Source: Macrostomum lignano
Lineage: Eukaryota
Assembly (NCBI GenBank): GCA_002269645.1
Contig: NIVC01002969.1
Span: 1 to 64,000 of the forward strand
Reading direction: 5' to 3'
DNA: 64,000 bases
Each line of letters starts with the position of its first letter. Position 1 is the first letter of the stretch. The position numbers and the translations under genes are program-made. Below are positions 26,134 to 41,200 of this stretch, in pieces. Below the pieces are notes generated by a model, which searched no databases, had not been told where the DNA came from, and saw only the letters and a list, made by a program, of their open reading frames with translations.

Positions 26134-26721
26134 TACTGTCCGTCAAAAGTTCCGGAACCCTTGCTACGATGTCTTCTAGCGGACATAGTTTCAGTCCGTT
26201 TCAATTGTAACTTGATTCAAATGAAAGCTGCGGATCTCAGCTCCATGATGTGGTCAAGAAAAAGTTTATTCGAAGGAGCGCGTGTGAACAGACCAGTGTT
26301 ATGTACATAAAGGTTAGAGAAAAAAGTGAGGAAAAGACAAACAAGCAATTGACTCTCCCATGAAAGCTGACTGCACAAGAATCCATAAGAGCCTGTTGAT
26401 TTCAACACAAGTTTTGGCCATATACTAATGTTAGCCAGGCTGAACACTGCGCGCAAACCGATTCCTTCCCATGTGTGTTTGCTCCATAGACTCAGCAACC
26501 ATAGACAATTGCTTGTTTGTCTTTTCCTCACTTTTTCTCTAACCTTTATGTACATAACACTGGCCTGTTCACACGCGCTCCTTCGAATAAACTTTTTCTT
26601 GACCACATCATGGAGCTGAGATCCGCAGCTTTAATTTGAATCAAGTTACAATTGAAACGGACTGAAATTATGTCCGCTAAAAGACATCGTAGCAAGGGTT
26701 CCGGAACTTTGACGGACAGTA
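26134..26721. mobile_element. ~590-bp fold-back MITE with ~216-bp near-perfect TIRs, TA-flanked (Tc1/mariner-type)
   Basis: 26136-26351 is the reverse complement of 26506-26719 with few mismatches; TATA|CTGTCCGTC...GACGGACAG|TATA ends. Confidence 0.9.
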
Positions 26722-26895
26722 TATTTGACTTACAACTTCATGTCTACACTTTCTATTTTGGACCATAGATATTTTGAGCGTGCAGCATTAGCTCTCAGCA
26801 TAGCTATATAATTGCTACTCTATGCTTTTCAATTGCTTAAATTTAGATACTTTAGATTAGATTCAGGACTCAGGTTCCAAAAAACAACTAGTTAA

Positions 26896-30612
<3,717 letters not shown>

Positions 30613-31466
30613 GTCGTCAGAGACGTCAGAGGATGCAAGCAGCGACGATATCAGGGGAATCAGGAGTTCAGCTGCTAAATGAATTGTCTGCATGATTTCT
30701 AGTTCAGTTTCTGCTCTTGTTTTGCGATTTTGATCCCTCATTGCTGGTGCAATGCCCGCAGAAGTTAAACCTTGCTGGTCTGCGCTAATCCCAGGGCTGA
30801 CGTTCAGTGTGCCATTTTTATTCATCAGTCAGTCATTCTGCTTCTTGCCCTGCGCACCTTCGGCGAGCACTTGGTTATCGAGCCGTGCCGGAGACACTTG
30901 AGATTCTGTAAGCCAAGTTGGCTCTGCTATTCATTGCTTTACCATTACGCTTAGCGATTATGCTAATCAGTTATTATGAGACACTGTGATTTCCGCTAAT
31001 TCCCTTTTTGATTCCCCTATTTTGCTACTGTTAATCACTGACGTTATCTTGTTGCCCTGCGCAGTTGTTTTACTTGGCTTCGAACTGTTATTTTAGTGTA
31101 CATATCCTACAGGTAGATTGTAGCTTCGTTGGTGATCGCAGTTTACGACTAGTCTGCGTCTCAACTATTTTTAGCTTTGTTCTTTGTACGCCCACCAGAA
31201 AGGTTTTATATCTGCACTTTTATATCTTATATCTTCACAGAACAGTTCGTTGTGCACAAATATTCTATTCCAGCTAAGTATTTCCCTTTGATTATTTTAT
31301 CATTGCAAAGGTTTAAAAAAATAGACAGAATAGCGGAGTGCCATTCCGGCAACTCCTTCAGTTCAATAGCTGATTTGAGTCCTCTTCAGTCTTGCTTTAT
31401 TTTCACTTAGTTTCATTTGGGCTTCGCAGGCGGTTCAGCTTAACTGCGGTGCAGAGGCAGGCATAC

Positions 31467-33534
31467 TCAGTCGAACTCGGCGCCCAGCGCGATGCTCACT
31501 TCGCCAGACTCAACTTCTGTCTCGTGAATCCACTTTGACGTCTTTAAAGCAACTGAAAACATTGGTGGGAAAATTTAGCCATGAACCTGGAAAACTGTAG
31601 CAGCCAACTAAATGTTGTAGCGACTCACTCATGTCCCCGGGTCTCAGCAAGACTTGATACACATGCTGGCAGGTATAGTAGCAATTCAGAGGCGGCCTCA
31701 GGCGCCACCGCTTGCTGCCCTGAATCTGCGCCTGCCACGTGTTGTAGTACACTGCGTCGATCTGCGTGGGGTTCAGGTTTTTTACGTTAGTTTTTGTACT
31801 TGGTTCGGTTTCTGGACTAGTTGGTTCAGGTTCGGTTTCTGGACTAGTTGGTTCAGGTTCGGTTTCTGGACTAGTTGGTTCAGGTTCGGTTCCGGGACTA
31901 GTTGGTTCAGGTTCGGTTCCGGGACTAGTTGGTTCAGGTTCGGTTTCTGGACTAGTTGGTTCAGGTTCGGTTTCTGAACTAGTTGGTTCAGGTTCGGTTC
32001 CGGGACTAGTTGGTTCAGGTTCGGTTCCGGGACTAGTTGGTTCAGGTTCGGTTTCTGGACTAGTTGGTTCAGGTTCGGTTTCTGAACTAGTTGGTTCAGG
32101 TTCGGTTCCGGGACTAGTTGGTTCAGGTTCGGTTCCGGGACTAGTTGGTTCAGGTTCGGTTTCTGGACTAGTTGGTTCAGGTTCGGTTTCTGGACTAGTT
32201 GGTTCAGGTTCGGTTACGGGACTAGTTGGTTCAGGTTCGGTTTCTGAACTAGTTGGTTCAGGTTCGGTTCCGGGACTAGTTGGTTCAGGTTCGGTTCCGG
32301 GACTAGTTGGTTCAGGTTCGGTTTCTGGACTAGTTGGTTCAGGTTCGGTTTCTGGACTAGTTGGTTCAGGTTCGGTTTCGGGACTAGTTGGTTCAGGTTC
32401 GGTTTCGGGACTAGTTGGTTCGGGTTTATTTCAGGACTAGTTGGTTCAGCTTCGGTTTCGTGCTGGCTGGTTCTGGCTTGGTTTGATTTCTGTTTAAAAT
32501 GCGATATCTGTTCTTTCGAATGCATTAATAAATTTTGTCAGCTGCACAGAAATAAAAAGCCAAATATTTGAAACTTTCCAAAGTAAATATCGATCGTAAT
32601 TCCTATCACGGTTGTGTACCTAAGATCAATTTTAGGCTAAGAAAGGCGTTGAAAATATAATCGCCCTAAAGACTCCAGAATAGCAGGTCTTTGTGCTCAC
32701 ATGGGCTGGCGCGCCCTTGCCGGGTCCGCCGACGAAAATCCACTCAGTGGCGCCGTGTTCGCTGTCGCTGGCCAGAAATCCCGGCCTTTTGTAGAGCCGC
32801 CTCAGCCTCCGAGCAACTCGCTGGTTGCAGACATTCCTGCAAGCGCGTGTTAGTGGCTGTTTGATGCTGACAATTCTCAAGGCCTGCAGTTAATATGCGA
32901 GCACCTTGAAGTGCAAATGCAGTCGTGTCACTCACCAACCGACGTACCAGGAGTCACGGCTCAGATTTTCCGGCTCCTTGGACCAGCGGAAAAAGTGGCC
33001 AAGCGTTGGGAACTGGTTCTTGTAGTCGAACATCTGGCAGAGCACGCTGGCCCCTCCACCGCCGCCCTCTGGGTGGCCTTCGTTGGTCCACCGGCCCCGC
33101 CGGGCCTCCCGATAGAGCCGGCGCAGCAGGTCGAGGTCGAGGCGCCTGGTCACCGCCGGCCAATCCGCTGCGCCACCGCGGATGACAACAGGCACGTTCC
33201 GCTCCAGGAACTCCGACCGGAACCGGGCTGGGCTGATGGCCTCGGCGCCTGCCTGCAGCTCTGGCAGGCTGGTGAGGTTGGCGCAGTGGCCGCAGTCGGT
33301 GTCGGGCTGCAGTAGCATCTGCACCCAACCCGACTGCGCCGCCAGCAGACAGGGTGCGCTGTACGGGTCGCTGCCGGGGTTCGCCCGCCTCGCCCAGGCG
33401 GCCATGGCGGAGTCAAAAAGTTCGGCCGCCCATCCTGGCGACTCCGGCTCAGGAGGCCAGGCGTGGCGGCCGAACAACAGCAGCAGCAGCAGAGCCAGTA
33501 GACCCCCGCCTACCTTTTTGGCAGTACCTGGCAT
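31467..33534 (-). CDS. N-terminally anchored JmjC/cupin-like protein; exons 33534-32936, 32836-32701, 31761-31629, 31552-31467 (317 aa)
   Basis: Hydrophobic LLALLLLLLF near N-terminus; PVVIRG.A.DW, CQMFDYK, WYVGW, WIFVGGPG.GAPAH|ID, WQAQIQG.K.W.L.PP, LRPGD, KWIHET...SIALGAEFD*; junctions GT-AG and in phase (954 nt). Confidence 0.85.
31797..32457. repeat. 27-bp minisatellite (~24 copies) in intron 2 of the JmjC-like gene
   Basis: GGACTAGTTGGTTCAGGTTCGGTTTCT. Confidence 0.95.
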
Positions 33535-34226
33535 CGCATGAGTTGGCGCGGCTGCTTGCAGTCTTCCGCACAGAGTATTATTTATACCTTGAGTTCAGGT
33601 CGACCAGGCTGCATCACGCAACAGGCCAGTTTCCTGGAGCCGGTCAGAGTTCTGCTGGTCGCGTCAATCAGGTCTACCAGAAATCAGCGAATTTCCGCCG
33701 TTTGTGGCTTTCTGAAAGCCCACAGGCTGGGACTCGCCATGCTGGCATTTCCTAGCGTGCATGAACGGATAAGAAATGGCCTCATTATTTGACTCTATTT
33801 TGCTCCCCTGACGAATCGATGCCTTCAAATTGGCAAAGCTCGTGCTGTACAGATTAGATTTGGCTTTTAGCTTGATGATAAATGAACAAGGTGTTAGTAT
33901 GCTCATATAGTGGTTTGAGGTGTAAAGGTTGTGTTGATATCGCTTGTGCATCTGTACTCATATATTCGTACTCATAATCGCCTATTGCACCTGCCCCTTC
34001 ACGCCAGTGCCTTTATCGCCTCTACGAGCTATTCTGATGTGTTTAATTGTACATTGCAAGTAAGTCATTCACCCTTAGCACCCCGCTAAAGCCTTGCGTC
34101 AAGCCCACTTTCTATTAAATTTAAAATCAAAAACCTGGCACACAAAGTACTTCCCCTTCTCTCCAGTTATGAAAAATAAATGCAGGTTTGGCTAAGCAGC
34201 AATCGGTCATGAGCCTCCACTACATA

Positions 34227-34655
34227 AAATCTCTGACGAGTCACAACAGTTCTCGAAATTTTCGCATGCCCATGCCCATGTGATCATATTAGCTACCGTT
34301 ACCTTACGTGAAATCTCTGACGAGTCACAACAGTTCTCGAAATTTTCGCATGCCCATGCCCATATGATCATATTAGCTACCGTTACCTTACGTGAAATCT
34401 CTGACGAGTCACAACAGTTCTCGAAATTTTCGCATGCCCATGCCCATATGATCATATTAGCTACCGTTACCTTACGTGAAATCTCTGACGAGTCACAACA
34501 GTTCTCGAAATTTTCGCATGCCCATGCCCATATGATCATATTAGCTACCGTTACCTTACGTGAAATCTCTGACGAGTCACAACAGTTCTCGAAATTTTCG
34601 CATGCCCATGCCCATATGATCATATTAGCTACCGTTACCGTACATGAAATCTCTT
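34227..34655. repeat. 84-bp minisatellite, 5 full copies
   Basis: Copies start 34227, 34311, 34395, 34479, 34563; partial at 34647. Confidence 0.95.
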
Positions 34656-34875
34656 CACGCGTCGGCCAAGCAACTGCATGCAGTGCTCTGTGATGAAGTT
34701 AAAAGAATTTAGTTTTTGCAGGCGAGTGCAAAACGAAGTTTTGAGTGCAGCATGGAGGAGCTCTGAGCACTTTCACGCCCAATTTCAGACAAAATCCTTA
34801 GCAAGATTTTATCTGCCTTGTAACTCGTAAATAATTAATTTTCTCAAACCGCCTCGCCCGACATGAGCACTGCTA

Positions 34876-34985
34876 GTTGCCAAAGCAGTTGCTCAAAAAC
34901 AAAGGAGCTGCACTTCCTTCGTAGCAATGGGTTGCCATGGTGTTGCTGAGCTTCGTGCGAGCCGCCAGACCGTTGCCAACGCAAA
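34876..34985 (+). promoter_or_regulatory. Cluster of imperfect X-box sites upstream of the polycystin-like ATG
   Basis: GTTGCCAAAGCAGT (34876), GTTGCCATGGTGTT (34931), GTTGCCAACGCAAA (34972); each has only one strong half-site. Confidence 0.35.
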
Positions 34986-35211
34986 GCGCAGCGAGCAATG
35001 CCGTACCCGTTTTTGACTCCATTATTCATGAAGCTGGGACAGCTCAATTTGTCGTTTGAATCATTGATGAGGCGCCCAGTGTCACCTCAGAACCATTTAA
35101 TACGGCGGAACGACCCCGCATCTCTCGCGCTCAAAGTTTCTTAAAGTCTTCGCCAGCAGGCTCTGATTTGTGAGATTCATTTCACAAGCACCAGCTTCAA
35201 GGACCTCAGTG

Positions 35212-38200
35212 ATGCTGCGGATTTTGCTGCTGCTGCTGCCGCTGCTTCTGCTGCAGCAGCTGCTTGGAGTCAGCGGCCAGGCGCAGGAAGGTGAGGCAAT
35301 CGGCAAGATTTCCCCCGAGTAAAATCGCTAAAGCTTGCTTAATAATATGAGAACTTAGAGTTTCTCATCATAGGACAGTATCTCTCACGAGCTCACAGCT
35401 TTAAATTAAAATCTGAAACTCTCGAACTAAGTGCCAGAGTCTTGAACTAGCTCTAACTCTCGAACTAAGTGCCAGAGTCTTGAACTAGCTCTAACTCTCG
35501 AACTAAGTGCCAGAGTCTTGAACTAGCTCTAACTCTCGAACTAAGTGCCAGAGTCTTGAACTAGCTCTAACTCTCGAACTAAGTGCCAGAGTCTTGAACT
35601 AGCTCTAACTCTCGAACTAAGTGTCAGAGTCTTGAACTAGCTCTAACTCTCGAACTAAGTGCCAGAGTCTTGAACTAGCTCTAACTCTCGAACTAAGTGT
35701 CAGAGTCTTGAACTAGCTCTAACTCTCGAACTAAGTGCCAGAGTCTTGAACTAGCTCTAACTCTCGAACTAAGTGCCAGAGTCTTGAATGGAGGCAACCA
35801 GAATCGCAAAGTCTGCGACATCAAAGGTGAAGGTCCTGCTACTTGTCTTCTTTGATGCAAGGGACATGTGTCAAGCAGTATCTGATGAACAGCAATGTTA
35901 CTTTGCTGGAGCAGTTTCCATCCAGGGATTTTTTCCTGAATCTCAGAGAGGGGGCGCAAAGGAACTCTTTTTCCCAACATAGATCATCAGGAGAGCCACA
36001 ACGAAGGAACTTTGGAGTGTTCAGACCACATGCACACAGAACTTCTTAAGGAACGACCTGGGAGAGGTTTATAGAAATTATATGCACTAATTTTTAAACT
36101 TTTCAGAGTCCTACACCTTGGTGATCAAGACTGGCAAAACGGGGACCACCAACAAGGTTTTCTTCAGCCTTAAGGGCCAGATGGGCGATTCCCCACAGCA
36201 GAGCATCAACTTTGATGGCTCCGACAAGCCTATCACGAGCATGTTCACACCGGGAAAGTGAGTGCCTTCACTGGGCTAGGGGAGCATTCCCAAGAGCACA
36301 GCATGTTCACACCGGGAAAGTGAGTGCCTTCACTGGGCTAAGGGAGCATTCCCAAGAGCACACAGGATGTTCACACCGGGAAAGTGAGCCCAGTTCACTG
36401 GGCTAGGGGAGCATTCCCAAGAGCACACAGGATGTTCACACCGGGAAAGTGAGAGCCTTCACTGGGTTAGGGGAGCATTTCCCAAGAGAACATCTGCAAC
36501 AGTCGCTGCCATTCTCTCTCGCAAGGGTGGATGTCATCGAAGGCAAATTTCGCGGAGCCCTGGGCTACATCAGCACAGTGAAGGTCAGCCAGGACTCTTA
36601 CAATGGCTGGGAAATCGAAAGTGTAAGTTGTCTTGCACTCGCTTGTCTGCTTTAAGTAGTTATTTAGGAGTCGCAGTGCTATGCTCATACCCTTTGGCCC
36701 CTTTGGCCACTGAAAGTGCCAGACTGGCGCGACCGAGTTCAGTTTTTGTTGTCTCTCTCAGTTAACAGCCACCTCATCAGTGGTATCGCTGATGTGCAAA
36801 GAACAACCGAAATCGGAAGGCCTTAGAATCCTGTTACACCGCGTTTTATGTTTCTGTTAGCGATGCATCATTATGTTTGCTGCAATTCCACGTGCCCTCT
36901 CAGATTGTGGTCTTCAGTGACACCACCAGGGTGTCCAACAACGAGACCTACATTGTTCGGCAGCCCCAGGACATCAGCTTCAACGGTGAGCAGCGAATTG
37001 TCCTTGCTCCATGCTATGACATTCCCATGACCCATGTGAGCACTGACACTGTGCTGTCCTGCTCCATGCTATGACATTCCCACGACCCATGTGAGCACTG
37101 ACACTGTGCTGTCCTGCTCCATGCTATGACATTCCCATGACCCATGTGAGCACCGACACTGTGCTGTCCTTGCTCCATGCTATGACATTCCCATGACCCA
37201 TGTGAGCACTGACACTGTGCTGTCCTGCTCCATGCTATGACATTCCCATGACCCATGTGAGCACCGACACTGTGCTGTCCTTGCTCCATGCTATGACATT
37301 CCCATGACCCATGTGAGCACTGACACTGTGCTGTCCTGCTCCATGCTATGACATTTCCATGACCCATGTGAGCACTGACACTTTGCTGTCCTGCTCCATG
37401 CTATGACATTCCCATGACCCATGTGAGCACTGGAACTGAGCTGCCCTTGCACCCTGCTATGACATACCATGACCCAATGACTTACAGTGAACTGCGGCTG
37501 GAGCGCCTGGAGCAGCTGGATGACCTGCCAAGGCACCTGCGCCACAGGTGGGGTCCAGATGCGAATCCGCAACCCGAACAGCCCGCCCAGGATCAACTCT
37601 GGCAAAGCGTGCGAGGGCTCCGAGTTCGAGCAGCAGCCCTGCAAACTGGCAATGGACTGTCCGGGTAACACTGGGGTTCGGGTGCTGGGTCCAGTGGCTG
37701 GGAATGCAACTGGGTAGCTGGGAATGCAACTGGGTAGCTGGGCATGCAACCGGGTAGCTGGGCATGCAACTGGGTAGCTGGGAATGCAACTGGGTAGCTG
37801 GGCATGCAACTGGGTAGCTGGGCATGCAACTGGGTAGCTGGGCATGCAACTGGGTAGCTGGGAATTCAACTGGGTAGCTGGGAATTCAACTGGGTAGCTG
37901 GGCATGCAACTTTTAGGAATTATTTAACTACAATTTTTTAGGTTAATTAGACCCTTAATTTTCAAAATTAATAGTACTTCTAAGTAAAAATTGGCTTTTA
38001 TAGTTTAAAAAAATATTAATTTTGTAAGTTAAAGATAATTCTTTTAGAGACCGGGTAGCTGGGCATGCAACTGGGTAGCTGGACATGCAACTGGGTAGCT
38101 GGGCATGCAACTGGGTAGCTGGACATGCAACTGGGTAGCTGGACATGCAACTGGGTAGCTGGACATGCAACTGGGTAGCTGGGCATGCAACTGGGTAGCT

Positions 38201-41200
38201 GGACATGCAACTGGGTAGCTGGACATGCAACTGGGTAGCTGGACATGCAACTGGTTAGCTGGACATGCAACTGGGTAGCTGGACATGCAACTGGGTAGCT
38301 GGACATGCAACTGGGTAGCTGGGCATGCAACTGGGTAGCTGGGCATGCAACTGGGTAGCTGGACATGCAACTGGGTAGCTGGACATGCAACTGGTTAGCT
38401 GGACGTGCAACTGGGTAGCTGGACATGCAACTGCATAGCTGGACATGCAACTGGGTAGCTGGACATGCAACTGGTTAGCTGGACGTGCAACTGGGTAGCT
38501 GGACATGCAACTGCATAGCTAGACATGCAACTGGGTAGCTGGACATGCAACTGCATAGCTGGACATGCAACTTGGTAGCTGGGCATGCAACTGGGTAGCT
38601 GGACATGCAAATGCATAGCTGGACATGCAACTGGGTAGCTGGGCATGCAACTGTATAGCTGGACATGCAACTGGATAGCTGGGCATGCAACTGGGTAGCT
38701 GGACATGCAACTGTATAGCTGGGCATGCAACTGTATAGCTGGACATGCAACTGTATAGCTGGGCATGCAACTGTATAGCTGGACATGCAACTGGATAGCT
38801 GGGCATGCAACTGGGTAGCTGGACATGCAACTGGGTAGCTGGGCATGCAACTGGGTAGCTTGGTAAGTGGTATTTAGTTTGCTTATCCGAGGTATGAAGC
38901 GGTATCAAGTAGCCATATCGGGTATTATTGGGTCGAGTAGACTCAAGCTCAAACAGTAAACACCTGGCCAGGCCGAAACTTATTGAGGTAAAAATTGAGT
39001 CAGAATTTCACTACCAGCATGTACAGAGTCTATCGGCCACTCACTCCACCTGTCAATTTTTACACCCCAAATTCCACAGTGAATGGCAACTGGAGCGACT
39101 GGTCCCCCTGGAGCACCTGCAGCGTCAGCTGCGCCCAAGGCAGCCGCAGCCGCAGCCGCACCTGTACGAACCCGGCGCCCGCAAACGGCGGACTGGACTG
39201 TGTCGGCGCCGCCAGCGACACCGGAGTCTGCACCGAGTCGCCCTGCCCCAGTGCGTCCTCAGATCTTACTCTGACTACTCTGAGTCGCTAGCAAATAACT
39301 CTGTATCTTGTATTGGAAACTGCTTATTATATCTGTCTGGCAGCTCAGACTCTTGTTACCTCATCTGGGATTTCATCTCTGGCAAACACGGAAACCCTGA
39401 TTTGATCAATCCGTTACTTCGCCGGCTGGCCCTGTGGGAAATATAGCTTACTATGTTAGACCAGATGTCGGGTGCCAAAAAGCGGCCAATATTGCAGAAA
39501 GATCGCCCCCAAGAGCTCCCCAAGCCAGCAGATCCGCACCCGCCCCGCAGTCGATGGCCAGTGGGGCAGCTGGTCCCCGTTCTCCGCCTGCAACGCCAGC
39601 TGCGGCCCCGGAGTCCAGACCCGAGCTCGCCTGTGCAACTCGCCAGAGCCGAAGTTCAACGGCAGGAACTGCCAGGGCGACGGAATCGAGCTCAAGACCT
39701 GCGAGCTGACTCCATGTCCCAGTGAGTTGGGCTGGCTTCCATAGCAACCATCACCTACATAAACCTGTTGAGTCACGCTCCCGTAGCATTCACCGCAAAG
39801 TCACAGCCTCACAGCCCCATCCGTGCCCCAACCCGCTGAGTCCGTGGCGCACTCGAAGTGCTGGGGTGGGCGTTGCGTGCAGCAGCCGGAGTCGGGACGA
39901 GGCTTCAGCGCGGCCGTTTCCTCGGCAACTTGTCGCCAGGAATTGTCCGAGGTAAGGTGCCGAATTTATCTCAGTAAATCTCTGTGTGCATGAATAAGCC
40001 TGCTTGAGCTGTGATTGGATAAAAGCTTTCAAATTTATTCAGCGCAAACTCATTTATACGATTTTTTTTAGCGTTAAAAAGATATATAGAATCGCTTCAA
40101 CACTAAAGCTCGTATTTCACAAATCCTTTCTTCCATGAGCTGCTGGCCCTCAATATGGACTGCAGCTTCAGTAGCTCTGGCACAAATCCTCACGCAATTC
40201 TGTCCATGAGCTGCTGGCCCTCAATGTGGACTGCAGCTTCAGTAGCTCTGGCACAAATCCTCAAGCAATTCTGTCCATGATCTGCTGGCCCTCAATGTGG
40301 ACTGCAGCTTCAGTAGCTCTGGCACAAATCCTCACGCAATTCTGTCCATGAGCTGCTGGCCCTCAATGTGGACTGCAGCTTCAGTAGCTCTGGCACAAAT
40401 CCTCAAGCAATTCTGTCCATGATCTGCTGGCCCTCAATGTGGACTGTAGCTTCAGTAGCTCTGGCACAAATCCTCAAGCAATTCTGTCCATGATCTGCTG
40501 GCCCTCAATGTGGACTGCAGCTTCAGTAGCTCTGGCACAAATCCTCACGCAATTCTGTCCATGATCTGCTGGCCCTCAATGTGGACTGCAGCTTCAGTAG
40601 CTCTGGCACAAATCCTCAAGCAATTCTGTCCATGATCTGCTGGCCCTCAATGTGGACTGCAGCTTCAGTAGCTCTGGCACAAATCCTCAAGCAATTCTGT
40701 CCATGATCTGCTGGCCCTCAATGTGGACTGCAGCTTCAGTAGCTCTGGCACAAATCCTCACGCAATTCTGTCCATGAGCTGCTGGCCCTCAATGTGGACT
40801 GCAGCTTCAGTAGCTCTGGCACAAATCCTCAAGCAATTCTGTCCATGATCTGCTGGCCCTCAATGTGGACTGCAGCTTCAGTAGCTCTGGCACAAATCCT
40901 CAAGCAATTCTGTCCATGATCTGCTGGCCCTCAATGTGGACTGCAGCTTCAGTAGCTCTGGCACAAATCCTCACGCAATTCTGTCCATGATCTGCTGGCC
41001 CTCAATGTGGACTGCAGCTTCAGTAGCTCTGGCACAAATCCTCAAGCAATTCTGTCCATGATCTGCTGGCCCTCAATGTGGACTGCAGCTTCAGTAGCTC
41101 TGGCACAAATCCTCACGCTTCACTTTAACAGTCATGAACAGAGCCGGAACGGCTGCACCAGGCTATGGCAGTCCCAACAAGAACTGCAACCCGACAGCCC

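Noticed and set aside
31766-32440. 224-aa GLVGSGSVS-repeat ORF resembling an antifreeze or structural protein
   Set aside because: Stop-free frame of a 27-bp intronic minisatellite, antisense within the JmjC-like gene.
34227-36050. One continuous mariner enclosing exon 1 of the polycystin-like gene
   Set aside because: The two mariner-like pieces are ~600 bp further apart than expected, no TIRs were found, and the 5' resemblance is weak.
37291-38908. Multiple minus-strand ORFs of [11 protein letters not shown] repeats
   Set aside because: Products of the 20-bp minisatellite.
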